Part shown: one piece after another, positions 9,925 to 19,488 of the stretch
Layout of the letters: each line of letters begins with the position of its first letter
Position numbering within the stretch: position 1 is the stretch's first letter
Source: Chiloscyllium plagiosum
Lineage: Eukaryota
NCBI RefSeq assembly: GCF_004010195.1
Contig: NC_057719.1
Location: forward strand, 57,825,023-57,845,977
DNA: 20,955 nt
Direction of reading: 5' to 3'
Notes under the pieces: model-generated
The model's database searches: none
What the model was told of the DNA's origin: nothing
Seen by the model: the letters and a program-made list of their open reading frames with translations, nothing else
Made by a program: the position numbers and the translations under genes

Positions 9925-11037
9925 AATAACTGGACTAGTGTTAATTCGTAAAAGGATTCACAGGCTGATTAATAGCTTGACAGAATCTGTGACGTGGCTC
10001 TCAGACAGAGTTCATCTGAATTTTATTAGCAAATTGCCATTTTTTTGTGGAAAACTGTAGTAAACAAAAGTCATTGACAGAGAAAGCAGAATGGAATTCC
10101 ACAAGGCAGTGTGCTAGCAGTAATGTTGTTAATTATTCCGATGACAAATCCATCCACTCTGGTATGAGAAAATTCCTATATGCAGCTGATTTTCTGTAAT
10201 GGCTTTAAGCAGACTTCTCCAGGTTGGAGGGTTTGAGCTATAGGGAGAGGCTGAATAGGTTGGGGCTGTTTTCCCTGGAGCATCAAAAGATGAAGGGTTA
10301 CCTTATAGAGATTTATAAAAGCATGAGGGGCATGGATAGGGTAAATAGTCAAGGTCTTTTCCCTGGGGTGGGGAAGTTAGAGGGTGAGAAAAAATTTAAA
10401 AGGGATCTAAGGGGGCAACCTTTTCACACAGACAGTGGTGCATGTATGGATTGAGCTGCCAGAGGAAGTGATGGAGGCTGGTATTACAACATTTAAAAGG
10501 CATCTGAATTTGAAGGATTTACAGGAATATGGGCCAAATGCTGGCAAATAGGAATAGATCAATTTAGGATATCTGGTCAGCATGGATGAGTTGGACTGAA
10601 GGGTCTGTTTCCGTGCTGTACATCTCTATGACTCTGTTGAGGAAACCCTGACTGATGTCTGGCTGACCTGACACAATTCTATATCACGAATGTCTATTGA
10701 CATTATGGGTCAGTTGATAAGTTGCATAATCAGAGCCAGTGAGCTAGACATAATCAAAATGTACAACAAACAGTCCACTATACAACAAAATTAGGGCCAA
10801 TCCAATCAAAAGCATAGGTCCACATGTTCAATTTAAGATTAGAAAAGCCAAATAGAAATTATATTGAGAGGTATGGGAAAGGTACCTCATTATTGCTTCA
10901 ATCCATCTACCCAGAAGACCACAAGACATAGCTAAAGTTGGAGCTAGGAACAGTATCCCACAAAATTGGACAAACTCAAGCGGGGAAGTGATCCAAACAA
11001 TATCAAGTCTACAGCTCTGGGTCTCTTCCTCTGCTAC
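9925..11037 (+). mobile_element. Ancient Vingi/Ingi-type non-LTR retrotransposon RT fragment, split by a CR1 insertion
   Basis: Broken-frame motifs ITGLVLI, LLANCHFFVE, KQNGIPQGSVLA (10084-10119) and RKFLYAAD (cf. RFIYADD). After the CR1: VEETLTD, RANPIKA*VHMFNLR (cf. LKPNPSKTQVCAFHLR), AKVGARNSI, IKSTALGL. Confidence 0.7.
10219..10635 (+). mobile_element. CR1 LINE 3' fragment
   Basis: ORF 10224..10454 reads EGLSYRERLNRLGLFSLE...EIYKSMRGMDRV...FKRDLRG. The 3' end is gggtctgtttccgtgctgtacatctctatgactct. Confidence 0.93.
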
Positions 11038-11348
11038 TAATTACTTATGTATTGCATAAAACATGTAAAGAAATTGAACTCAGTTTTTAATTCTGTACCT
11101 AAAGCCTACCAAAATAGATAATCCATCAACTGTTAGGTAATGCCATTCAACACACACACAAAGAGCAGACACAGCTGTAAGGAAAAGATAATCTAATGAT
11201 CTTTATCCCAGCATCATTCTGCTCTGCAACTAGCTGCAATCTGTCAACCTTCTTAACTCAGGTGTAAAGCAGTGTAAACCCTTCTACCATGTGCATTGAT
11301 CATATCTATAGAGTGAGCTATGTAATTCTGTATACTTAATTCAAGGGC

Positions 11349-13226
11349 CACAGAAACATAGAAACAAGGAGGAGTTATGATCATGGCTGATCCTCTAATC
11401 TCAATGCAATATTCCTGCTTTCTCCCCATACTCCTTAATGCCTTTAAAATCTAAAAATATATCATTGACTTCCTTGAATATACTCATGAATTTGGAAACC
11501 ATAGCCTTTCGTGATGGAGAATTCCCTACTCCTACTGTAGGTCACTCCCCCTTCAGTGAAGAACTTTCTTGTCAACTCAGTCCTAAATGACCTACCCCAT
11601 ATCCTGAAACTGTTTTTGAATTCCCATTTTTGAATTCCCAACCCAGGAAAATATTCTCCCTGTAAATGGTGTGTCCAGATCTGTTAGAATTTTATATCCC
11701 CACTACATTTACTAAACTTTAGTGAATACAGGCTCAGTTGAACCAATTTCTCCTCATACGATAGACCTGCCATCCTCAGTATCAACCTAGTGAACCTGTG
11801 CTATACACACTCTACAGTGTATTCTTCCTTAGGTATGGAGACCAAAACTGCACAGAATACTTTAGGCATGATCTCACCCAGGCCATATATAACTACAGTG
11901 AAGCACCCCTACCTTTGAATTCAAATCCTCTTGTAATGAAGGCCAATATTTTATTTGCCTTCCTAATTGCTTGCTGCACCTGTCTACCTTCATGACTGGT
12001 ATATGAGGACATCCAGAGCTCCTTTGCAAATCCACATTTTCCAACACATCACCAGTGAAACAGTACTCTGCCCTTCTGTCTTTCATATGAAGTGTACAAT
12101 TTAGCCATGTTGCACTGCATCTTCCTTATGTTTGGCTACTCACTCAACTTTGACTTTACCTGGTGAATGAGCAGCGCTCTGAAAGCTTGTGATTTCAAAT
12201 AAACCTGTTGGACTATAACCTGGTGTTGCATGACTTCTGACTTTGTCAACCCTAGTCCAACACTGGCAACTCCACATCATCAATTCATATCAATATATTA
12301 TCCCTATACTATATGCCTTAATGCTGCACAATAAGTTCTTATTAATGACCTTATCAAAAGTCAAATTCAAATAAAGCACATCCATTGGTTCTTCCATATT
12401 TATTCTACTAGTTATATCCTCAAAAACTCCAGTGGGTTTATTAAGCATAATTTTCCTTTCATAACCAATGCTGGCCTTGTCCAATCCTGTAAATAATTTT
12501 CCAGTCCTTTGCTATTATGTTTTTTATGATCGACTAACATTTTTCCTATTAATAATGTGATTATTAATTCTCTGTCTTTTCTCTCCTGAACTTTTTAAAT
12601 TCGTGGGGTTATATTTGCCATCTTCCAATCTGCACAACTACTGCAGAATCTATACAATTTTGGAAAATGACTGCCAATGCACTCAATATTCCTTTAGCAT
12701 TCTGGGATGTAGATTATCAGGCTCTGGTGATTTGTCAGCCTTTAATGCACTATTTTCTTACTAATACTGATTTCCTCAACTCTGCTCTTTCACAAACATT
12801 TCTGGGAGGGTATTTGTGCTCTCTTTTGTGAATGCTTACTAACATATGTGTTTAATTTTCTGCCATTTCTTTGTTCCCCATTATAATTTCACAGTCAGTT
12901 TTTATATTCCCTGCAATTTTACTCATGTATTTTACTTTAACCCTCTTGGTCAAGCTTTCTGTCCTCTTCTGCTGAATTCTAAACTGCTCCCAATTTTCAG
13001 GCTTGCTGCTTTTTCTGGTAATTTTATATGCCTCCTGTTTGGATCTAACACTAGCCCTAATTTCTTTTGCAAGCTATAGTTCAGCCACCTTTTCTCTTTT
13101 TTGTGTTAGGTAAGAATAAATAATTGCTGTAATTCATATATACATTCTGCCAACCCTTTTAAGACGGTTCCCCAATCCATCCTTGCCAATTCATATCTCA
13201 GACCTTCATAGTTCCCTTTATTTAGA
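11349..13226 (-). mobile_element. Older CR1 LINE (second family): ORF2 RT region to 3' end, internally deleted
   Basis: The minus strand ends in a gtttctatgtttctgt tail. RT motifs include FEDITSRINMEEPMDVLYLN..FDKV (ORF 12290..12484). The plus-strand gaccaaaactgcacagaatact is the antisense of EYxVQFWSP. The PQG/FADD segment is missing where a PLE fragment sits. Confidence 0.85.
12157..12280 (+). mobile_element. Short solo PLE terminal fragment beginning with a minimal hammerhead motif (12157-12191)
   Basis: TAC-CTGGTGA-AT-GAGC-AGC-GCTC-T-GAAA-GC-TT-GTG, then aataaacctgttggactataacctggtgttg; homologous to the 1211, 14854 and 19067 copies. Confidence 0.8.
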
Positions 13227-14449
13227 TCCTCCCAGGAGGAGTCTCTGCACTATGGCTAATTTTCAGGTCACTTATGCATTGGTTTTACTCATTCAAAACA
13301 ATATTTCAATGAACGAACAGTCAATCCATGGACCAGGTTGGGGAGAAATCAGAAGTAATTACTTCAAATGCAAGTTAGATATATTTCATTAATGCATGTT
13401 AAAATTACATCTGATTGCATCATGCACACTATAAAGATCTGCAATCCTGGGTGCATGACTGAACTATCCATATTTTAGTAGCTAACTACAAGCAGCAGCA
13501 GCAAACATTCCTGCTACCCACAATACTCCTATTTCGTTCTCATCTTATCTGTAAATACTCATCATGGGAACATACTAAAAAAACAGCCACTTTGGTATTT
13601 ACCTCCACTATCAACTGAATTGCTTGACTACATGTTAAAAAAATCTTGTTTTTTTTTCCAACAGAAGTAAAACAATATATGTCATAACTGGAGTGTTTGA
13701 TAGTACAAGGAGTTTGTTATGTTCATTGGACACGATGATGGAAAGAAAATCATTTGGGATGTTTAACAGTTGATCAATCTGAATCCTTCAAAACTGAAAT
13801 TGCTTCCCAAAGTGACACACTAACATAGAAAGTGAATTGCCAATACTTACTATTTACAAATAAATAAATACAACTCCAGTAGAGACAGCCAGACTTGGGC
13901 AACTGGTTAGTACCACTGAACTGCCCAGCTCTATTTCACAGGATTATTTCTTTCCTCAAGCATCAGTAAAAACGCATACTAGAGTTTGTGCATGTGTCCA
14001 AGTTTACTTTTCTAATATAATGAATTAATTCTAGTTAAAATTTAGCAATTGAGATTTCAAATTACAATTGGTAAAGAAACATTATTCTAAGTTCCATTAT
14101 CTTCCAGTAGAAATTCCAGCACAGTTAACACATATACATATGGACTATTTCTTAGCTGAGGGGATGTCTGACTTTCCAGAGTCTCATTCACGAGACAAAA
14201 GATGTTAATCAGTGACTTTGCTGATCCATAATAGTCTTCAATCCTGGGGACACATTTCTACTATTCACTTTGCAACTGTGATAATGAGTGAAAAGTACAC
14301 AATGCAGGAAGGAATGTATCATGTTACAACTTCTGGTTAACTTGTGGCCTGCCAAAAGGCCATTTCCCGAGCAGTTTTTTTTTTAGCAGTCACAGTTTAC
14401 CATTGCCTACCATTCTCAGGGGAAGGAAAAGGAGGCAGGTCACAATTCC

Positions 14450-14526
14450 AAATCAGCTGGAACTGAAATCAAACCCATGTTGTTGGCATTATTCTGAACA
14501 ACATGTTAGCTATCTTGCCAGACTAA
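14450..14526 (-). mobile_element. Degraded tRNA-derived SINE head
   Basis: Minus strand ttagtctggcaagatagctaac...aataatgccaacaacatgggtttgatttcagttccagctga: A-box-like start and B-box-like gggtttgatttc. Confidence 0.45.
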
Positions 14527-14566
14527 TATAAAACAAAGAACAAGGGATGCTGGAGCTCTGAAACAG
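14527..14566 (-). mobile_element. Tiny PLE terminal remnant (same family as 16311-16449)
   Basis: aaaacaaagaacaagggatgctggagctctgaaaca is similar to acacaaagaactgtggatgctggaggtacaaaca at ~16316-16349. Confidence 0.45.
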
Positions 14567-14853
14567 ATTGGCTTGTTCGAAGGTCTGCTGCAGTTCTCTG
14601 AAACTTCATTCAAGTTGTATTAAAGGATCATAAGCCCTCCAGGTCTCAACCCGCCATTATCTTCCTCTTCCCAACTCCAGTCCTAACGTCCTTACCCTGC
14701 TTATCAGACCCAAGCTTATCTCATGCTCTGAATGCTCTCATGTGACTTTATTTGCCCATGTACCCTCCATGATCGTTTGCATCCTCCATGTCCACTAATC
14801 TAGTATTCACCGCAGAACCAATGAGCCCGGTATAACAATGCCAAAATTTGAAG

Positions 14854-15403
14854 TGATTTGGAAGTGTCAGTGTTGGACTGGGGTGGACAAAGTTAAAAAT
14901 CACACAACATAGTGCAACAGATTTATTTGGAAGCACTAGCTTTCGAAGTGCTAACTCTTCATCAGGTGGTTGTGGAACATGACCATATAACACAGAATTT
15001 ATAGCCAAAGGGTTACAGTGTCATGGAGATGTAATGATATTAAACAACTTTAGTTAAAGATCACACAACACCAGGTTACAGTTCTTAAACAAATTTAGAT
15101 TAAGTCTTCCATCATTTAGAATGGGGTATGGCGGTTTAGGTTCTTTAATATGTAAACCTCAGAATTACATTCTCAAGGTGGCATCAACTTATCTAATAAT
15201 AGGTGTCATGTCAGCTCAGACAATGTATTGAATGTGTGAAGGTAAAGTCTGTACCAATGTTGAGTCAATTCTATTTCTAAAGTGAGGTTTACAGAATCTT
15301 ACGTGGATTTATGCAGTTTTTGGGCAAAATAAAATGTAATACTGCAAATACAAATTATTATTTGACATATTATTAGACAAGCTGACACCACCTTGAGAAT
15401 GTA
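14854..15403 (-). mobile_element. Penelope-like element terminal fragment with internal micro-insertion and terminal inversion
   Basis: Colinear homology to 1211-1650 (e.g. acacagaatttatagc, acagaatcttacgtggatttatgcagtttttg). 15363-15403 is an inverted copy of 15166-15208. Confidence 0.8.
14934..14968 (-). ncRNA. Minimal type I hammerhead ribozyme motif with intact core
   Basis: Minus strand CAC-CUGAUGA-A-GAGU-UAGC-ACUUC-GAAA-GC-UA-GUG: both conserved boxes and the UH site are intact, 3-bp helix I, helix II with a 1-nt bulge, palindromic AGCU in place of helix III. Confidence 0.65.
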
Positions 15404-15630
15404 TGCAAATGCAATGTTCCATTTGCCTTCCTTATTAACTGCTGATCTTGGATGCTAGATTTTTTATGATTCAGGCACAAGCACTCCCAAATCCCTCTGT
15501 TCTATAACTTTTGCAGCTTTTCACCATTTAAATAATATTTGGCCCCTCTATTCTTCCTGCCAAAGTGTAAAATCTCATATTTCCTTACATTAAATTCCAT
15601 TTGTGAAGTTTTTGCCCAGTCATTTAATCT
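15404..15630 (-). mobile_element. CR1 RT C-terminal fragment
   Basis: Antisense of D.L.DWAK..QMEFNVRKYEILHFGRKNR and KANG; same RT region as 11930-12150 and 17620-17830. Confidence 0.75.
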
Positions 15631-16566
15631 GGGTATATTTGCTGATGATTACACAATATATATGACCATTCATGACATGAAGCAGTCCACGTCCATGTCC
15701 AAAAACATCAAGACCTGGATATAATTCAGATTTGGGCTGACAAGAAGCAAATAACATTTGCCTCAGACAAGTGGTAGGCAATGATCATCTCTAATCTAAC
15801 CTTCACTCCTTGACATTCAATCACTCCTTGGCATCACTATCACGGGATTCTCGCCCTATTACTATCTTGGGGGTTACTGTTGACTAAACACTGAACTAAA
15901 ACAGCCACATAAATACACTGCCTATAAGATCAGGTCAGAGACGTGAGATCCCCCTGTCTCCTCGAAGATTGTCCTTCATTTCCAAAGCCAAGCTAGGAGT
16001 GCAATTAATTACTCTCCACCATCTTGGATTGTGCAGCTGCAACAACATTCAAGAAGTTTGACACCATTTGGGACAATGCAGCCTATTTGTTTCACACATC
16101 ATTCGCCATTCATTCCCTTCACTACCAATGCACAATGGCAGCATTGTGTACCATCAACAAGATGTACTGCAGTAACTCACCAAGGCTCATCTGACAGCAT
16201 TTTTCAGACTCCCGACATTTACTGCCAGAAGAAATATGTCAGCAAAATCATGGGAACACTGCCACCTGCAATTTCTCTTCCAAGCTACATATCAACTTGA
16301 CTTGGAACTAAAATAACACAAAGAACTGTGGATGCTGGAGGTACAAACAAACAGAAACATAAATTGCTTGGAAAACTCAGCAGGTCTGGCAGTATCTGTG
16401 GAGAGAAAACAGAGTTAACATTTTGAGTCCAGTGACCCTTCTTAGAACTCCCTACCTAAAAGCACTGTGGGTGTTCTTATACTCCAAGGACTGCAGCTTA
16501 CCACTATGAATGGAGAATAAAGATTAGCCTAATTAGCAAAAGGCAGATATCATAAACAAATAAAAA
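15631..16566 (+). mobile_element. CR1-clade LINE of a different family: from RT FADD motif to 3' end
   Basis: IFADDYT (FADD at 15638-15649), QDLDIIQIWADKKQITFASDKW, ILGVTVD, and a 3'UTR ending aaacaaataaaaaa. Interrupted by a PLE piece at 16311-16449. Confidence 0.75.
16311..16449 (-). mobile_element. Short solo PLE terminal fragment (second family) with degenerate hammerhead motif (16413-16449)
   Basis: Minus strand AGTT-CT(-)AAGA-A-GGGTC-ACTG-GACTC-AAAA-TG-TT-AACT, a CpG-decayed version of AGTT-CTGAAGA...GAAACGTT-AACT, followed by ctctccacagatactgccagacctgctgagttttcc. Confidence 0.7.
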
Positions 16567-18010
16567 AGTTAGGCTTATTAGCAGAAGAAGGAGGCTTATG
16601 TGTTGATGAGGCAAAAATGGTTCAGATGAGGCGATGGAGAGTTACAGATCAGCTAGGAAGGATTTAAAGAGAGAGTTAAGAAGAGCAAAGAGAGGACACG
16701 AGCAGTCTTTAGCAAATAGAATAAAAGAGAACCCTAAAGCTATCTATAGGTATGTGAGGAATAAAAGGATGACTAGGGTAGGAATAGGGCCAGTCAAAGA
16801 CAGAAGTGGGAAGTTGAGTGTGGATCCTGTGGAGATCGGAGAGGTGCTAAAAGAACATTTCTCATTGGTTTTCATTCAGGAGAAGGAGAATATTGTAGAG
16901 GAGAAGAATGAGAGATGAAATATTAGACTAGAAAGGATCGAGGTTAGTTAGCAACAGGTGTTATCAATTCTAGAAGAAGTAAATGTAGACAAGTCCCCTG
17001 GGCCGGATGGGATTTATCTGAGGATTCTCTGGGAAGCTAGGGAGGAGATAGCTGAGCCTTTAGCTTTGATATTTGAGTCATCATTGTCCAGAGGATTAGA
17101 GGATTGCAAATGTTGTGCCCTTGTTCAAGAAGGGCAGTAGAGATGACCCAGATAATTATAGATCAGTGAGCCTTACTTCTGTTGTAGGAAAGGTTTTGGA
17201 AAGGATTATAAGAGATAAGATTTATAATTATCTAGCAAACAACAATTTGATTTCAGATAGTCAACACGGTTTTGTCAAAGGCAGATCGTTTCTCATAAAC
17301 CTCATTGAGTTTTTTGAGAAGGTGATCAAGCATGTGGATGAGGGTAGAGCAGTTGACATGGTATACATGGATTTCAGTAAAGCCTTTGATAAGGTTCCGT
17401 ATGGTAGGCTGTTGGAGAAAATGCAAAGGCATGGGATTGAAGGTGATTTAGCAGTTTGGATTAGAAAGAAGGATCTGTTTTGGGACCACTACTGTTTGTC
17501 ATTTCTATAAATGACTTAGACGTAGGCATTGGTGGATGGATTAATAAATTTGCAGGTGACGCTAAAGTCAGTAGAGTAGTGGACAGTTTGGAAGAATGTT
17601 ATAGGTTGCAGGGGAACTTGGATAAACTGTAGAATTGGGCTGAGAGGTGGTAAATGGAGTTCAATGCAGATAAATGCAAGATGACGCACTTTGGGAAGAA
17701 TAACAGGAAGGCAGAGTACTGGGTCAATGGAAAGATTCTTGGTAGTGTGGATGTGCAGAGGGATCTTGGAATCCATGTACATAGATCCCTGAATGGTGCC
17801 ACCCAGGTTGATAGTGCTGTTAAGAAGGCATATGGTGTGTCAGATTTCATTGGGAGAGGGATTGAGTTCCGGAGCCGCAATATCATGCTGCAACTATACA
17901 AAACGCTAGTGCGGCCTCACTTGGAATATTGCGTACAGTTCAGGTCGCCATATTTCGGGAAGGATGTGGAAGCATTGGAAAAGGTGCAGACGAGATTTAC
18001 CAGGATGTTG

Positions 18011-18057
18011 GATCAGTGGTGCTGGAAGAGCACAGCAATTCAGGCAGCATCCGAGGA
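18011..18057 (-). mobile_element. 47-bp PLE-terminus-like insertion within CR1
   Basis: gatcagtggtgctggaagagcacagcaattcaggcagcatccgagga is absent from the duplicate across the gap. It resembles ttgcttggaaaactcagcaggtctggcagtatctgtgga at ~16364-16402 and is flanked by caggatgttg / caggcatgttg. Confidence 0.65.
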
Positions 18058-18109
18058 CAGGCATGTTGCCTAGTCTGGAGGGAAGGTCTTATGAGGAAAG
18101 GCTGAGAGA

Positions 18110-18156
18110 NNNNNNNNNNNNNNNNNNNNNNNNNNNNNNNNNNNNNNNNNNNNNNN
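18110..18156. other. Assembly gap (47 N) with duplicated flanks
   Basis: 17977-18109 and 18157-18231 are identical apart from a 58-bp insertion in the left copy. Confidence 0.97.
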
Positions 18157-19066
18157 GGAAAAGGTGCAGACGAGATTTACCAGGATGTTGCCTAGTCTGG
18201 AGGGAAGGTCTTATGAGGAAAGGCTGAGAGATTTGGGTCTGTTTTCATTGGAAAGAAGAAGGCTAAGGGGAGATTTGATAAAGACATAAAAGATGATCAG
18301 AGGATTAGATAGAGTAGACAGTAAAAGTCTTTTTCCTGGGATGATGAGGCTAGCTTGTACGAGGGGGCATAACTACAAATTGAGGGGTGATAGATTTAAG
18401 ACAGATGTCAGAGGCAGGTTCTTTACTCAGAGAGTGGTAAGGGCGTGGAATGTCTTGCTTGCCAATGTAGTCAACTCAGCCACATCAGGGAGATTTAAAC
18501 AATCCTTGGATAAGCACATGGATGATGACGAGATAGTGTAAGGGGACGAGCTGAGAATAGTTCACAGGTCGGCGGAACATTGAGGGCCGAAGGGCCTGTT
18601 TTGCGTTGTATTGTTCTATGTTCTCTCTATATGGATTCTAATATATCCTATGTAAAGTTTATCTTCTATTGTGATTTCTGTTGGTCGGCTGACCAACGGT
18701 TGCTCTCAACAGCAAATCATCAAACATTCAGCCTAGGAGTTTCTGCCCATCAGCATAGACTCAGTTATGCTAATAGCCTTTTCTTTTAAGATGTTCTGGG
18801 GATTGTATAAGGGTTAAGAGTCTTAAAGTATCCTTTTCTGATCTAATCATGATAATTCATAAGGAGTAGTGAGAGAATAGTTTCAGTTCTCAAATGAATA
18901 CGACATAACATCTGGGTTCTCCTCTTAGTCTCTGTAACAATGTTTATCATATCAATATAACATCAATATCTTGTTTAAGACAAGAGGCTCTCTCATTAGA
19001 CTAGGAAATGTTTTTCCTCAACCATGCCAGACCAAGTGAGCCCTGTGGATCCTTACCCTAAAGCAG

Positions 19067-19184
19067 CACCTGAAGATGGAGCAAGGCTCCGAAAACATGT
19101 GGTTTCAAATAAACCCCTTGGACTATAACCTGTTGTGGTGTGATTTTTGACCTTGTTCAACCCAGTTCAGCACCTCTACATCAT
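19067..19184 (+). mobile_element. Short solo PLE terminal fragment beginning with a hammerhead-like motif (19067-19101)
   Basis: CAC-CTGAAGA-T-GGAGC-AAG-GCTCC-GAAA-AC-AT-GTG, then aataaaccccttggactataacctg. CUGANGA, helix II and GAAA are intact; the U of the cleavage triplet is lost. Confidence 0.8.
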
Positions 19185-19421
19185 GGCTAAAAGACGGTGG
19201 TGGCAGCAAACCTACCAGAGTGCAGCCATCATGGTGATCAGCAGTGAGGATTGCTCATACAACTGGGGAAGGGATATCTTCCAGAAAAGAATGGATCCCA
19301 GTGTATTCAGAATATATTACATTAGCACCACTCCATCACAACCCTGCTGTATGAATGGCAGGAGCTGCTACCTCACAATTTTCATTATGTTACAATCTAT
19401 AGAAAAGTACATTGCACTTAC

Positions 19422-19488
19422 CTTCACTGCCCTTTTTGGTGTCTCTGCTAGGATGGGTGGTAAGATTCCTTTGTAAAAGCCAAGAATC
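19422..19488 (-). CDS. SLC25A21: Internal coding exon (67 nt, phase 2-0) of mitochondrial 2-oxodicarboxylate carrier
   Basis: Acceptor tctttttctcattttAG and donor GTaagt. Translates (G)ILGFYKGILPPILAETPKRAVK, nearly identical to human SLC25A21 GLFGFYKGILPPILAETPKRAVK as recalled; includes the carrier G.[FY]KG signature. Confidence 0.96.

Larger units (their letters stand above)
16567..18630 (+). mobile_element. Younger 5'-truncated CR1 LINE, ORF2 tether + RT + C-terminus + 3'UTR; inactive
   Basis: ORFs 16634..18541 give IKENPKAIYRYVRNKR, KSPGPDGI, NYRSVSLTSVVGKVLE, QHGFVKGRS, YMDFSKAFDKVP, LYKTLVRPHLEYCVQF and FFTQRVVRAWN, with tail ttgttctatgttct. Several stops; catalytic FADD changed to FAGD (17549-17560); PQG segment deleted near 17466. 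Confidence 0.96.

Noticed and set aside
9900..10080. Enhancer-like cluster (TGACAG, GTAAACA, TGACGT, TAAT)
   Set aside because: It translates into RT motifs (ITGLVLI, LLANCHFFVE) contiguous with NGIPQGSVLA, so it is retrotransposon-derived.
11613..11640. 14-bp tandem duplication (tttttgaattccca x2); also ttcagaNN x3 near 5163-5186
   Set aside because: Simple slippage duplications with no spacer structure; not CRISPR-like.
14567..14853. Unexplained ~290-bp segment between PLE pieces as an exon or viral insert
   Set aside because: The frames I checked are interrupted by stops and show no recognisable protein motif or convincing splice-site pair.
17977..18231. True tandem duplication within CR1
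   Set aside because: The copies abut an N-gap on both sides and are otherwise identical, which is typical of an unmerged contig overlap.
16634..18541. Active reverse transcriptase or novel RT system
   Set aside because: Ordinary CR1 ORF2: 5'-truncated, multiple stops and frameshifts, FADD changed to FAGD, PQG motif deleted.
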